A stretch of DNA of 61,869 bases, filler included, from Gonapodya sp. JEL0774 (Eukaryota), in assembly GCA_027604505.1 (NCBI GenBank). It is 24 parts of 24 records of this genome, joined end to end, with 100 filler letters (N's around TTAATTAATTAA, not from the genome) between each part and the next. Parts side by side here need not be neighbours in the genome. Positions count along the whole stretch, not along the records: positions 23,328 to 25,813 come from JADIIX010001891.1; positions 25,914 to 28,398 come from JADIIX010001892.1; positions 28,499 to 30,983 come from JADIIX010001893.1; positions 31,084 to 33,567 come from JADIIX010001894.1; positions 33,668 to 36,147 come from JADIIX010001895.1; positions 36,248 to 38,726 come from JADIIX010001896.1; 18 more parts are not named here. One strand, given 5' to 3'. Positions 25,363 to 38,156 of the stretch are shown here, in pieces (the first letter of the stretch is position 1; every line of letters starts with the position of its first letter). Under the pieces are notes generated by a model. The model saw nothing but the letters and a program-made list of their open reading frames with translations. It had not been told where the DNA came from and did no database searches. Both the position numbers and the translations under genes were made by a program.

Positions 25363-25913
25363 CTTGTGTGCGTTCATTGTCAATCATTGACTCAATCGGG
25401 TGGACGGAGTTGTGACAAATGAAGCATTTGTATGCATTTTCGGCACATTGCATCATGTTGCATATATCTTCAAGGTACTTGGGTAACGGTGGGCTCATGT
25501 TGTATTCATCAAAACACCCTCGGTGTATGAAATAGCCCTCGCAGGGTTGCAAATCATACAGCAAACAAAACCAACATGCTGATTATGTTGTTGTGAGCAG
25601 TTACTGGTCATTTTGTCTCTTTCACCGAGAGCCCACATATGATGGTTTGTGTAAGAGAATTGGTATTCAAAATGCAAAATGTAGTCTTAAAGTTCCACGG
25701 AAACTCGCTTCATAGAGACATATTTAGCAATTGCTTGCTTTCCGGAGTTTCGCTTGAATGTGTTTTAGCCAGGTAGTCGCCGATCCAAGGATCCCCCGAG
25801 GTCAATGAGATGGNNNNNNNNNNNNNNNNNNNNNNNNNNNNNNNNNNNNNNNNNNNNTTAATTAATTAANNNNNNNNNNNNNNNNNNNNNNNNNNNNNNN
25901 NNNNNNNNNNNNN

Positions 25914-28053
25914 TGTTCCTGTGATAACGAAGGTGGCCCACCCCCGGGAGGTCCGCTCAACACAATCTGCTGTTGCTGCGGCACTTGTTGCTGCTGAGCG
26001 TGCAGTTGCGTTTGTTGATGCTGCATCTGCATCTGCTGTTGTTGCACCTGCTGCTGCTGTTGCAGGTACTGATGTTGCACGTATGGCTGCGGCTGAGCTT
26101 GATGCTGCTGCATTTGCCCAGGTTGATGATGGGGAATTTCGACAATCATCGTCTGGGATTGCATACCATTAGGTCCAATTACCTGGTACGAAGGCTGTGG
26201 GGGATTCGACATCATAATTTGACCGTGTTGATTGATGAATACTGGCTGTCCCTGTGAAGGAGGCGCATGTTGCACGATCACTTGGTGCTGCTGTGGATGT
26301 GCATGGGGGTCTCCAATATAATGTTGCGGCACGAAGGAGACTCCTGGGGCAAGGGAAGCGGTGCGCTGAGCAACGAGAGATTGGCCGTGAGAAGCGACAT
26401 TGGACATTGATCCGCGACTTTGTATGATCACTTGTTGCGGTTGGGGTGGTTGGGGTGCGAACACAACATTGTGCTAAAGCGTGAGATTGCATCGCGTCAG
26501 ACGGACACTCAATATTTTGGACAATACTGCGATGTTACCTCTTGAAATTGCGGTTGTCCGGCTTCCACGACAATAGTCCCGTCATGTCGAGGTCCAACAA
26601 TTGTTCCTTGCGGAACTGTATCGGAATCCTGCTTCAGAGCACCTGCCAGCAGCTCGCCACTCACAACAACCAAAGCTCCTTGCTCAGAGTTTCCGGGCCC
26701 CGGCACCGAAAACGTGGATTGCTCCGAAGGTGGGACTGGTCCCCGTCCCTCTATCCGGGCGACTAGAGACTCGTCAATAATTGCAGGCTTAGCGAGCGCA
26801 ATTCCCGTGGCTTTGTCTCGCAGGTACTCTTCCGAGAAGGCGTACGGGGCAGAAGACTTGAGGAAGGCGGTGAGGGGTCCGTCTGCAGAGATTGGACTCG
26901 ACGATGCGATACCATGCATTAGCGAGGAAACTCGCCGGTCGTGTGGTAAATTGGAAGAACCAAGTGATTGGTTTCCATCCTGGCCAGGACCAGACGGTTG
27001 AGATGTGGGGTGATCATTATGCAGAACAATATTCTGTTGAGAGGGTGCGGGCTCCAACTCCGATTTATGAGCCGGCACCAATCCAGGTCCGGTCATTGGC
27101 ATTGCCGTAAACGTCCGCGTATTAATGGTCAAAGAGGGTTTGCGAGAAATGTGTCCAACAGAAGATGTTTTGCGAATGGGAAGGGGGTTAGCGGGGAGGG
27201 TGCTGGGGACGAAGGAAGAGGATGGTGCTGTGGTGTCCGTGTCAGCCATGAGAGTAAGTTGAGTTCGGCTGGGTCCGAATGTCAGAGGTTTGGCGATTGC
27301 CGATGAGAGTGTGGTGCTGGGTAATGACATGGATTGAGACACAGCTCCCGTTGAACCCTCGGGGGGAGATGAACCAGTGCTCGAGGTAACCATATTAGAG
27401 GAGCGCTCTGGTTGCCGGTCCGATGTCGACTCCGATGGTTTGTCAAGTTTTTCCGAATTCGAGTTCGTTGTCTCCCGTTGAGGAGGAATGGAAACTCGCC
27501 CAAAGGGGTTGGCACTGGCCGGCGCCGGAGAGAGAGGAGATTGGCCAAAGTCCCAGTTAAAAACGTCTTGCATGTCAAACGTTGGTGGGAGCGGGCTAGC
27601 GAGGGACAGCAGAGTGGTCGGTTTTGTGCCGTAAGCAGATCCAAGCATCGATAGTCCACCGATAGGGCTGAGAGCATCTGGGTTCCCCAACATGCCACCA
27701 AAACGGTCCATCCCGTGGGCACCACCTGCAGAGGTCAAATGGTCATCGCGGTGAGCGTTATCGAGCGAAAAGGTCATTGACGGTATCCCGTCCAACCGCG
27801 GAGTTGTGCTCGCAAATGCCGACGATTCCAATTGGTATATATCACCATGTGACGTCATACCAGAGTGAAAAGGGTTGGCAGATGTCGGTGTCTGCAAGGC
27901 ATCCTGAAAGAAGTGAGCCTCCGTCATTTCCCGTGCATGCCTTGGGGAGAGCGGAGACTGAATGTCCACGGGCATCCAAGAACAAGAGATGAGTGTCTTC
28001 AGCCGACAGAAGCCAGCTGACAGCGAAGTCTGATGAGGCCTGCAGAGAAACAC
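25914..28053 (-). CDS. Ser/Pro-rich then Gln-rich low-complexity protein (possible transcriptional regulator N-terminus); 3' truncated, start uncertain
   Basis: 514-aa and 200-aa open frames on the same strand, separated by a probable intron near 26460-26530; poly-Q tracts. Confidence 0.7.
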
Positions 28054-28828
28054 CGGTTTTCCGGGTGTCCGGAGGATGAAGAATCGATGGAGGCTGAAAT
28101 AGATAATCCCGCACTCACTTTTCGGTAATTTTAGCCTCCTATGTCTCTCTTCGAGTTCCTCAGGTGAAGATAGAAAGTAAATTCCAACCGATCCTGAAGT
28201 CCAGAAAATGTGTCCAAATTGAGGGCGTGGGGATGCCCAAGTTTGGGCGGAAACATGGCGAATCCGGGAAAAACAACCGAAACAGAAATAGCCATCAATG
28301 AATGCAGGAGATGTCCAGGAGAACTTATAGTATCATAACAACGTCTCACAGTTGAGCCCCAGATCCCAAGTGGAGCCCTCCTTGCCGCTCGCCGCTGCNN
28401 NNNNNNNNNNNNNNNNNNNNNNNNNNNNNNNNNNNNNNNNNNTTAATTAATTAANNNNNNNNNNNNNNNNNNNNNNNNNNNNNNNNNNNNNNNNNNNNAG
28501 ATACTTCCAGCAATCAGATGCTTCCCTGAATTAAAATGACTGGGAGTAGACTGCAAACAGAATGGGTTTCAGGTGTCACCTCACACCATTTGCATACTGG
28601 TCTGAGTGCAGTTGAGTCGATTCCCTGTCTCGACCTCCTGAACAGTACAAATGATCGTTGAGCGGTGCGAGCCTTTATGTAATACTTATGTCAAGTAATC
28701 ACACAGGCGTAGTGCTGGAGGTTGGTCAGAAGCAGAAACAGCAGAAAATGTCGGTGTGGTATGACGTTAACTGCATAGTACTCTGGGACGACTATCACGA
28801 TCCGCACGCAAGTAGATTTTTTCGACTG

Positions 28829-29265
28829 AGTGTGATGGAAAGATTATAATCATCCTTGAGCCGGTTGAGCACTAATAATTTTGACGTCGTTCTGATGGCT
28901 ACAATTTCCTCGAATTGGACTTGTCAAGGAAGTATGTCGTGAGCACAAACTAAAGACAAATGTTCCACATGGTATATCGTAATCATTTTTTCATCCAGGA
29001 AGCGGTCAAGGCTGACACACCAGAGTAATAGTGTTTCATATCGAGAGCACAAACTAAGGAAACAAGTTCAGTGCGATGTAATGGAACGATTGTGTGTTCA
29101 GCGATGACAGTAGTCACAGTACGATAATCACCGTTAACTCGAGGAAACGTTAAGCTTGTCACACCGAATTATTGTTTCTTTGGATCGTACTCGACAAGGA
29201 GGGGTGTCGCGAGCACGATCTAAAGAAACAATATGGTGTGATGGAAAAAGTACATTCGGTGAGTA
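28829..29265. repeat. Degenerate tandem array (about 3 units) containing a long inverted-repeat hairpin
   Basis: GAGCAC(A/G)A(A/T)CTAA(A/G)GA at 28941, 29045 and 29211; GTGTGATGGAAA at ~28831 and ~29236; 24-bp stem 29170-29193 with 29210-29233. Confidence 0.8.
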
Positions 29266-30315
29266 CTGTTGACGTTGTCAGCTGAATTCTCGCCGGATGG
29301 TGGATGGTGGTGCTCGAGAAGAATTCTTCGCAACGCACAAACTGAAGGAACGCTTGTCGGGTTGAGACAGCGGCAGATCTTCAGAAAAACTTGTAGTTGG
29401 CAAAGATGAACCGGCATCTTCAGTCTTCGCTCAACAGTATTGCACGACGAACCGAATTGAAAACGGCACACGCGAGCATTCATCTCTTCACATGTGCGAT
29501 TTCGGAAAACTTACTGCTACGCAACCTTGCATTGACTCGGTTTCGAAAAGACGTTCAGAAGCCATATCTGTATTTGGTGAGGACAACGACGAGCATCAGA
29601 TGGAATGCGGTGGAAACCAGAGAAATTAAACTGAAACCGACCGGCCTGTACGAATCTGTGGGACCTCCACAGGCGAACCCAAATTCATCTCATAGATGGG
29701 CGCAATTTGATTGTCGGTCTACTGCTCGAACGTTGACGACGTGACATAAGTCACCGGACCCCAACCTCAGGCACTCCTGATCCGCCTACTCAGATAGTGG
29801 GACTGTAACGGGCAAACAGGTACCGAGAAGAAGCGCGAACACGAAAGAGTTATTGGGCGTTTCGGGAGTCACATAACGATTTTTCGAGAAACGGAATGAC
29901 TCTTTCTGCAACTGCGGTTGTGGGGACCGTGCACATCTGCCCACTTAACTTGTGTGTTCTTCCATCTGTCAGTCGGCAGTCACAGGTGGCAGATAAAGGA
30001 TTTTCGGTTCATTCGGTATGGCCGTTTGAATTATTGGGCTTTCAGTTTGCTTGCTTCCACTCTTCATATCTGCATAACGGGTCAAAATAAATTTGTTGAT
30101 CCACGAAAATCTGAATTCCACCACACTCTGATCAGCCATGAGTTCACGCCTCACACATCTCTACGGAACAGGCGGAACAGGTTTTACATAACGCGCCCAC
30201 GTCTACTAATCGGCCTCTGTCCAACGACGACTCGGCAATGATCGTTCAAGCACGATCATGGACAACACCACTCATGATTGCCGAGGTCTCTGCTCCATTC
30301 GTCCTTGAGTCCCTG

Positions 30316-30983
30316 TCACTTCGCCTCGTAATATCGCCATATCCGAGCTCGCCAGTCCCCACTTCCCGTTGCAAAGAGCCCACCTACTGGGCTTACCGCG
30401 ACCGAAATAACTACACATTGACGGAGAATACGGAATGGTGCGGGAGTCAGTGTCGCAGGTGAGATGGGGAATGAATGACCGACAACGTTAAAGATGTGCG
30501 CGGTCATCAAACACATGCCACTAGATCGTCACCCACCAGAATTTTTGTGGCCCTGTACCACCATTTGGGCAACTGCGGCAGGCTCCCTTCCTTTCCCGGC
30601 TCCTCGTGCGTCCCAAAACGTTACTGTTCGGTCCTTACTCCCGCTCACGACCCATTCTGTGCATTCGTCTGCCTCTGCTGCCACCATGGCCACACTCACA
30701 CCCGTCGATGTGTCCATCGCATCCGGATCCTTTTCGGCAGCTTTACTCTCCAACTTGTCCTTCTCCGTCGCATTGACAACTCCCTTCCCAGCAAGCACGT
30801 TTCCGAAGGCCACGCTCAGAACGAAATCCTTGTGCCCGGCAAACGTGTGCTTAGGTGCACTGGTCACGATCGCAGAAAGTCTCGGGAAGTCTGATGGCAC
30901 GGTTGCAGGGCTGTTAGGAGCACCGGGAGAAGAAGCGTGGATGGGAGGAAGGTGGGAGGTGGAGGCGAGGTAGGCTTGCACGG
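30316..30983 (-). CDS. TUP1: Tup1-like WD40 corepressor, C-terminal part
   Basis: GHKDFVLSVA, WVVSGSKDRTVTFWD and QGHKNS|VISVAVSPVGGLFATGSGDWRARIWRY match the last Tup1 WD repeats. Confidence 0.88.
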
Positions 30984-31083
30984 NNNNNNNNNNNNNNNNN
31001 NNNNNNNNNNNNNNNNNNNNNNNNNNNTTAATTAATTAANNNNNNNNNNNNNNNNNNNNNNNNNNNNNNNNNNNNNNNNNNNN

Positions 31084-32511
31084 CCTGGTTGGAATATCCC
31101 AGCTCGCCGCAACCTCACCACCAACGCTTTGGAGTGCCTCTCGTACGACGGCCGGACATGTCAAACGAACACCAACTGTCCGCAACTTATCGCACAAACA
31201 GTTGGCAGACTTGTTCAACCAGTACGATGCACAACCGCCCAAACCAAAGATATCAATAGTTTTTGCTCCACTGCGCTGCAGGTTCTCATGCCAAGCATAT
31301 CAACCACTGGCGCTGGCACCATCACCTCCGCGATGATGTCGACAAGTGCGTCTATGAAACTTTCGTCATCGCTTTCGTCATCTACCTCGACAGGAGTAAG
31401 CGCTGTGTTGAATAACACTGCACTCGACAAGGCAGGCGGTGTTCCATCCGAATCTGGCAATCTCGGCGTCATCATAGGGGGAGTCGTGGGCGCTATTGCG
31501 ATTGTTGTGGTGGCAACAGTAGCTGTCGTCAGCGTTCTACGAAAACGGAAGGCCAAAGCCTTGGAGGAGGATTTCTGTGAGTTTACTTCGACCCAACGTC
31601 ACTGATAGCCACAACTGATACATATCACTTCGATTTGATCTCAAGACTATAAGCCCCCAGTTGCACGCCAAACCGCTTATCACTCCCGAATGCCGTCACA
31701 AGATACTGGATTTAGTACCAAACCGTTGCCGGATATTGGATTTTATAGCAACGGTTCCAAGAAACAAAACTTGCAATCACCCGGTGGCTCAAGTAACAGC
31801 TCTGGCAGCAGCTCGTCAACGCTTTTAATGTCCCCACCTTTACAAGGTCCACAGGTTTGTTGCTTCCCTACTAGTACCAACCGCTTGCAAGTACAGTAAT
31901 TCACGTTGCTTGTATTTCGTGATGGAACAGGCTCACTGGTACTTCCTCCGAATCGCTGGTCCTATGGGGGCAGCCAATAATATCAGTGTGCAAGTGGACA
32001 TTCCTCAACCGTTCCAAGTATCTCAAAATTACGCACCAGAGACGGAGGACGAGATTCGATTGACTGTGGGGAACTTGGTCGAAGTGAGGGCAGTATTCAG
32101 AGACGGGTGGTATGTAAATCACAACTTGCGTCGGTGCGACCAAAGTTCTAAATCTAAAACCATAGGGCGATTGGTATGAACACGGACACTGGAGAGTATG
32201 GCGCTCTGCCCCTGGACTGTCTCTACCTTGGAGAGACTCCACCAATCCACACCGCTTTCATTCGCCGCTTTGAGTCGCGCACCACCGCTATTTCAACGAC
32301 CATTCTCTCCATGCGTCACATGGAGAGTAGTCGACGTGCTTTGATCCCTAGTCAAACCACGGAAATGAGCCAGCGACGTGAGGGGCGCAGTCAGCGTTTC
32401 CCGGAGAGCAGGAAGATGGTGCGTCTCCAACGCGTTGACATTGTCCTTTGTTCTTACGTACTCAATCAGCACCCACTGAATCGTTCGCCTCATAGAGTCC
32501 GGTTGACGTGA
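31084..32511 (+). CDS. Single-pass membrane protein with Cys-rich ectodomain, Ser/Thr stalk and cytoplasmic SH3 domain; 5' truncated, 3' end uncertain
   Basis: TM segment IIGGVVGAIAIVVVATVAVVSVL-RKRK; SH3 NYAPETEDEIRLTVGNLVEV...RDGW|AIGMNTDTGEYGALPLDCL. Confidence 0.8.
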
Positions 32512-32820
32512 AAGGACCCGATACATCACGGCGACAGTTCTAACCTGCCGCTGGTTTTCCTGGGAGCCGAACATAATAATTTCATACAAGGGCGGAGAGC
32601 TCAAATTGCCTGCAATTCTTTTGTAACTGGACGTTTTGGATAATTTTGAATATGTTGAAACCATAAATGTTTTAGACCGTAGCCATCGCAATGACTTACT
32701 CTTGAGACAGACCATTACATCGTTTGCACGACTGTGAATAAGGCCAGATTGCAAAAGGCTTCACCGAGGAGAGCGCGCCATGTTGACGTTACCGCTAGCG
32801 GATTTGACCTTATAATATAT

Positions 32821-33567
32821 ATGAAGCTTACTGATCTCCGAACAACTTGGGCGGCTACGACAACCGATAACTCTGATGATACAGCCAGTAAAGAAGATCC
32901 TGACTCCGCCTGTGCCTCCTCATTAGTGACAGATTTCGCCGATGCGGTCGCACGTGTGGTTCACAGCGCTTACAACGCACTACCATCGAAAGGCAAACCA
33001 AAAGCGGGTGAATGGACAGTTTGCGCAGCAATCGTTATGTGGGAAGCATCACCTGAAGAACAGGATGGCTCGAATGTGGAGGTTTGGTCGAGAAAAAGGA
33101 AGCGCGAAGACGACTCGCCCAGTTTGCGTGGTCGTGAAGGTGATCAGCCACGATCGGGTACACTCACCGTTGTCTCAATTGGGACTGGGGTGAAATGCTT
33201 ACCACGAGATAATCTATGGGGTCGCCGGGTGAACAAGGATCGCGGAGAACCTTCCAAAGGTTCCTTTGTGTCGAGTGATGGTTCGGGGGACCAAGGAAGC
33301 ACTCGGCCATATGATTACCGCCAGGATTTGGTCGTCGATTTACATGCTGAAGTCATTGCAAGACGCGGCTTCGTCAGGTGAGTCGACTGCTCAAGAGTAT
33401 CGAAACCAAACCGACCCGGCAAAACTGTGATTTTGAACTAAGCGACTGTTCACTCCGGTCTTTATATTCTAGATGGCTTATTTTGCAAGCGCGTGCTCTC
33501 TTATCAAATCAGCCCTCCGTCCTCGTGCACGCATCACATCACTTAAAGACGCCCGCAAGTTACAGCG
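32821..33567 (+). CDS. TAD1: tRNA-specific adenosine deaminase (Tad1/ADAT1), 3' truncated
   Basis: LPSKGKP...EWTVCAAIV, VVSIGTGVKCLP and the DLHAEVIARRGF zinc motif; no dsRBD seen upstream. Confidence 0.88.
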
Positions 33568-33726
33568 NNNNNNNNNNNNNNNNNNNNNNNNNNNNNNNNN
33601 NNNNNNNNNNNTTAATTAATTAANNNNNNNNNNNNNNNNNNNNNNNNNNNNNNNNNNNNNNNNNNNNCTGCTTCACGTCACGTGTGGGCAATAATGATAC
33701 AAAATAAATGTTCCCAACTTTTACTC

Positions 33727-36147
33727 CTAATCCTCTTCAGAAGAAAAGTCGCCCTCTTCTATACTTTCTGGGCTCTCAAAATTAAGTCCCTCTACCACAG
33801 AGGAGGGATCCAGCGAGAACCAAATGTCAATCCATAGCCCAGCTTGTGCAGTTGCTAGAACCTGCTCTGCAAAAGATTCAAACGTCAGGAGCGGCGTGAC
33901 AAAAGATTCCAGATCAAGTGGATGTTTTGTTTCTGCTGGCACGACTTGAAGAAGACTGGCAGTCTAAACGCTCAAATTACAGTAAGCTTTGATCTCACTA
34001 AATCTGCTGACTGTCTGGCACGCACCATTCCCCACTGTTCATACATGCTTTTGAAGACATCAGAGAGCGTTTCTTCGATGGTTGATCCATGCAAGTTCCA
34101 GTTCGCGGGGGTCAGCTCCACAAGTATATCGGGAATCGCACGTTTCTCAAGGAGGGACTCCAGCGAGCGCAAGATCACGGGTTCATACCCTTCTGTATCG
34201 ATCTAGGCATTGAGAGCGAACACAATTAGACAGTCACATCGTGATGAATGACTGCGGCACCTGAAAATTTTTACACCAAACTGACCTTCAACATGGCAAC
34301 CCTGATATCTCTCTTCGCAATGAAATCGGTCAAGCTTGTGGGAGGCACCATGATCTTCTCCCCTACAAATTCCGGAAAGGGTCGGGGGGCACGACCTCCT
34401 ACACAGCTCCCAGCGTCGGCCTCCACCTTCTTTCCGCTCGCAGCTGTTTCCCCGTCCGTCACATATCCGAGTCGAATCTCGTGACCTTTGTAACCGTTCC
34501 ACGTTGCTGCACATTCAAAGAGACAAGCACAACGTCGCTGCATGTCGAATGCCAACGACCGATAACCTGCTCGGCCAGCGAGCAAAGAAAATATTCCCTA
34601 GCGGTAGGGCGAAGGAGTAGCTGATTTAATACCTCGGAATCGCACTTCAGGGCAATCTAGGGGAGAGCACACCTGATGCGACCCCACATCGATAAAGTGA
34701 TGAGTGTCGTTGAGCTTGCGATGGCGCAGGATCCGGTCTACATTGGGCAGTGTATATACTGAATATACTATTGGTGCTGTATCTGAACATGTGATGTGCA
34801 TGCTCACCGACAAGTGTTGTTCCAGCACCCTCCACAACGTCAAACCACTCCTTCACCGCCGAAGCTGGCCAAGCGCCGGCCCAATCAGAGCGGAACAAGG
34901 CAGCGAGTAGTGGTCCGTCCAGCCCACTCGACAGATTCCAAAAATCAGACATGTAACTCACAAGATTCTTGGCCCTCAGGCCATATCCACTCCCCACCCG
35001 TCCATTTATGCCGAAGTATCACGGCATCGGATCCGTCGTTATCACACTGAACACTGTCTTCGGCAAGGTCTACAATCTCAGTTCCAACGGCTGGCCGATC
35101 CACCAGAGGGGATGCTGTCGGTAGAATCACTCCTGCGGGAGATAACGGTGATTGTGATAGTCCGCCATTAAGGCTGTCCAAGATGGCTTTCGGATCCAGC
35201 GAGAACCAAATGTCGATCCATCCTGCTGTTGAAGAGTCGCGGACTTGCTGGGCAAAGGACTCGAAGGATCGGAATGGCGTGATGTGCTTCTTCAGATCTA
35301 GGGGATACTCAGCGTCATTCACGCCGTGGAGAAGGTGTGCAGTCTGTGTATGGAATGGTGGAACGGAGCACTTGGATCCCGATGAAAGGTGCAAAATATC
35401 AAGCGATCGTCCCATCTCTCACCATCCCGTATTTTTCGTACATGCGCTTGAAAGTTCCATTCAGCGTTTCGTCCACATCGTTACCTAACCCATGCCATGT
35501 CCAGGGTGTCAGCTCTACGAGTATATCTGATATCCCACGTTTTTGGAAGAGAGGCTCCAGAGAGCTCAATATCACAGGCTCGTAGCCCTCCGTGTCAATC
35601 TTTGTGCGTGGCCGAACGATATCACGAACACAAAAGTTACAGTCAACAAAAAGGGGACCTCCGTTGAAAGACCATAAAAATTTCCTGTACACACCTTAAT
35701 AAGTGCAACTTTGACATCACGCTTCTCCAAAAAATCCGTCAAGTACACTGGGGAAATCATTATTTTCTCGCCCTCAAACTTGGGAAACGGCCTCGGCGCC
35801 CTCCCACCAACACAGCTTCCAGCATCTGCCTCTATCAACTTCCCACTTGCTGTAGTTTCTGCATCCGTGACGTACTTGAGACGTATTTCGTGGCGTTTGT
35901 AGCCGTTCCAAGTTGCTGCACATCGAAACAGCCTCGCACACCGGCGTTGCAGGTCGAACGCGAGGGAAGGGTAGCCAGCACGACCCGCAATGAGAGAGAA
36001 TATGCCCTATCGGATTGAATGCAGACAGGGAGAGGAAGGTACGTCGAACTAGAGTTGCTCCCAGCTGTTACCGCTGGACCCACTCCCTGGTCCCATGCGT
36101 TGCAACTTACCTGATGTGACCCAACATCTACAAAGTGGTGCGTATCA
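33727..36147 (-). CDS. Protein with two tandem FkbM-family SAM methyltransferase domains, 5' truncated
   Basis: Each half has F(V/I)DVGSHQ|GI(Y/F)SL...AFD.QRRC, K|IDTEGYEPVIL and W..IDIWFSLDP; the halves join in frame through GT-AG introns at ~34960-34865 and ~34808-34738. Confidence 0.85.
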
Positions 36148-36247
36148 NNNNNNNNNNNNNNNNNNNNNNNNNNNNNNNNNNNNNNNNNNNNTTAATTAAT
36201 TAANNNNNNNNNNNNNNNNNNNNNNNNNNNNNNNNNNNNNNNNNNNN

Positions 36248-36520
36248 TTAGAGACCACCATCTTGTCGACGGGACTTTCCTACGCACAGTGCACACGCTC
36301 GAACTGCCCTTCGAGTGTGTTCGCCGGTGGGGTGTGTATGATGCCACAAGTTGCAAAGGATGTCACCGCAACGGACAAGGAAAACGGGTTTTCGGAATGG
36401 AAAATGCTGCAAGGATGGAATGACTATCCTCTCACTGACAACGCCGCTACTTGTGCCCTTTCCATTCATGTTTCAGTGTGCCTATTCTGGAACTGCGTAT
36501 TGCAATGGAGTCTTGAGTGA
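36248..36520 (+). CDS. Possible exon fragment of a Cys-containing protein of unknown function
   Basis: Open frame from the contig edge only; no recognisable motif. Confidence 0.3.
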   Translation, partial: LETTILSTGLSYAQCTRSNCPSSVFAGGVCMMPQVAKDVTATDKENGFSEWKMLQGWNDYPLTDNAATCALSIHVSVCLFWNCVLQWSLE

Positions 36521-37624
36521 CGCTTCGGTGTGTGGGAGTCTTACAAGAAGTGAGTTTCACGCACATCAACGGCCACAACAGTAACAGTCTTTGACGCACT
36601 GTGCCCCGCAATATGTGCCCCCTTCGTATCTGTTACCCAGCTGTGAGCCTCGTGACCATCATTGCGTCCTCGATTGCGGCGGCCATTTTTCTGTCCATTG
36701 TGTAAGTACTCCTGGCTTCAAGTGAATGGAAAGGAATGGAGCTCTCATGATTATTTTCTACATCATGATTTGCAGCTGTTGCTGGTGGCTTTGCATAAGA
36801 GCTTCTGTTTGTATTACTATTTATCACCTCTTGGTATAGTGAGGCAATTGCAACTAACTAAAACTTCTTCTCTGATTCAGGCACCATATTACTCCACATA
36901 TGTCACCTATGCTCCATGGCGTGCCACACCAGCACACACATATGTTACTGTGGAGGGAGGACAGACTGTATGCTTCCCAAGACAACCGTTTGGCTTTTAG
37001 ATAGGGTCCGATCCTCATTTGGTTTAAATGTTTTTCCATTCACATCACAGGTCTACACTGTCCAGAGCAGCAACCCATACAATGTTTATACTAAGTATTG
37101 ATTTTAAACTCCGGTTTAGCAGGGAATGCCATGACTGCATTAGCTGCATTGGCCAGGTCGCTGTGATTCTTGTGGGATCCTACCACTTTGCAAACTGTAG
37201 TAGGATTTTTTTTACTTACTCTGGTAGTGATGAATTACATTCTTTCAACCCTAAGTGGGGGAGGTTGTATAAATGTTCACTTGCAAATCCATGAAGGAGC
37301 CTGAAGAGGGCATTCACCAAATCATCCAGATTCTCAAATGCAAGCGGCTTGGCTTATCATTTGTTCAAAGCTCACTTTACTTGAACACTGCATGGAGAAT
37401 GGGTTATGGGCTCTTCATTTGTGGAATCTGCTGACCCTTTCTGGCTCATCACTCTCAATCATACATATGCTTTATCCTCAAATCTCCCCACAGTGGCTGT
37501 TGAGGGCTTAAGCAATCATGGCACTGCCGTGGTTATGTCAAAATTTACCCTGGAACTACTACAAAAATACCATACCATAACCATGTGGGTGCTGAGGTGG
37601 TTAAAACGGGGCTTAAATACGTTA

Positions 37625-37790
37625 CAGTGCTAACACGGGAATGGTAGTCCAGCCACACATTTTTTCCAATGCACAATCATAATACATCGTAACTTCAACC
37701 TGCAATATCTCCCTTCCCAATGGTGCAATTGATCTGAATCATTCGGAATCAGATTTGAATTACACAGGCAGTTGTAATTTCATGGGTTCG
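37625..37790. mobile_element. Single terminal repeat related to the Tc1/mariner-type element at 60461-61466
   Basis: TA|CAGTG...AATGGTAGTCCAGCCACACATTTTT...TAATACATCGTAA aligns with TA|CAGCG...AATGGTGGTCCAGCCGCACAATTTT...TAATACATCGTAA. Confidence 0.75.
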
Positions 37791-38156
37791 GCAATTCCGG
37801 CAGAAATTGTCCCCCACTGACAGCGGCAATGTATCCAGCTCAAACTTGACAACGGAACCATCTGATTCCTTTGAGACCACCAGATTCACATACAGGATTG
37901 CTGCTGTAGGTCTGCACTGGGTGATTTTAAGGTTCTTAGCAGCGGATCACATGTGCCAGCATCTGCTGCTGCCTTTTTGCACTGCCAGCAGATAACATAT
38001 CTGCTGAAATATGGGTGTTTCGACATTTCCAATGGCTCCAGCACAATGGGGAGTTGAAAATTTGGGAATACTTAATGGAGGTAAGTTACTCACTGTAAAA
38101 TTCTCTACAGGTTTGTTGTTCACAGATGATCTGCACTGAAGCAGCTGTCCAACAAC

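Noticed and set aside
25196..25564. Minus-strand ORF with Cys/His pattern (CEGYFIHRGC...CFIC) resembling a RING/PHD finger
   Set aside because: Ligand set is incomplete, the start is non-ATG, and it overlaps the end of the Atos-like gene; probably chance.
28941..29233. Three ~22-nt repeats as a possible CRISPR array
   Set aside because: The repeats are degenerate, spacing is irregular (104 and 166 bp), the intervening sequences are partly homologous to each other, there are no cas genes, and the context is eukaryotic.
36633..37600. CpG-poor stretch with stop-riddled frames, possibly a decayed retroelement
   Set aside because: No diagnostic gag/pol motif could be read; used only as compositional context.
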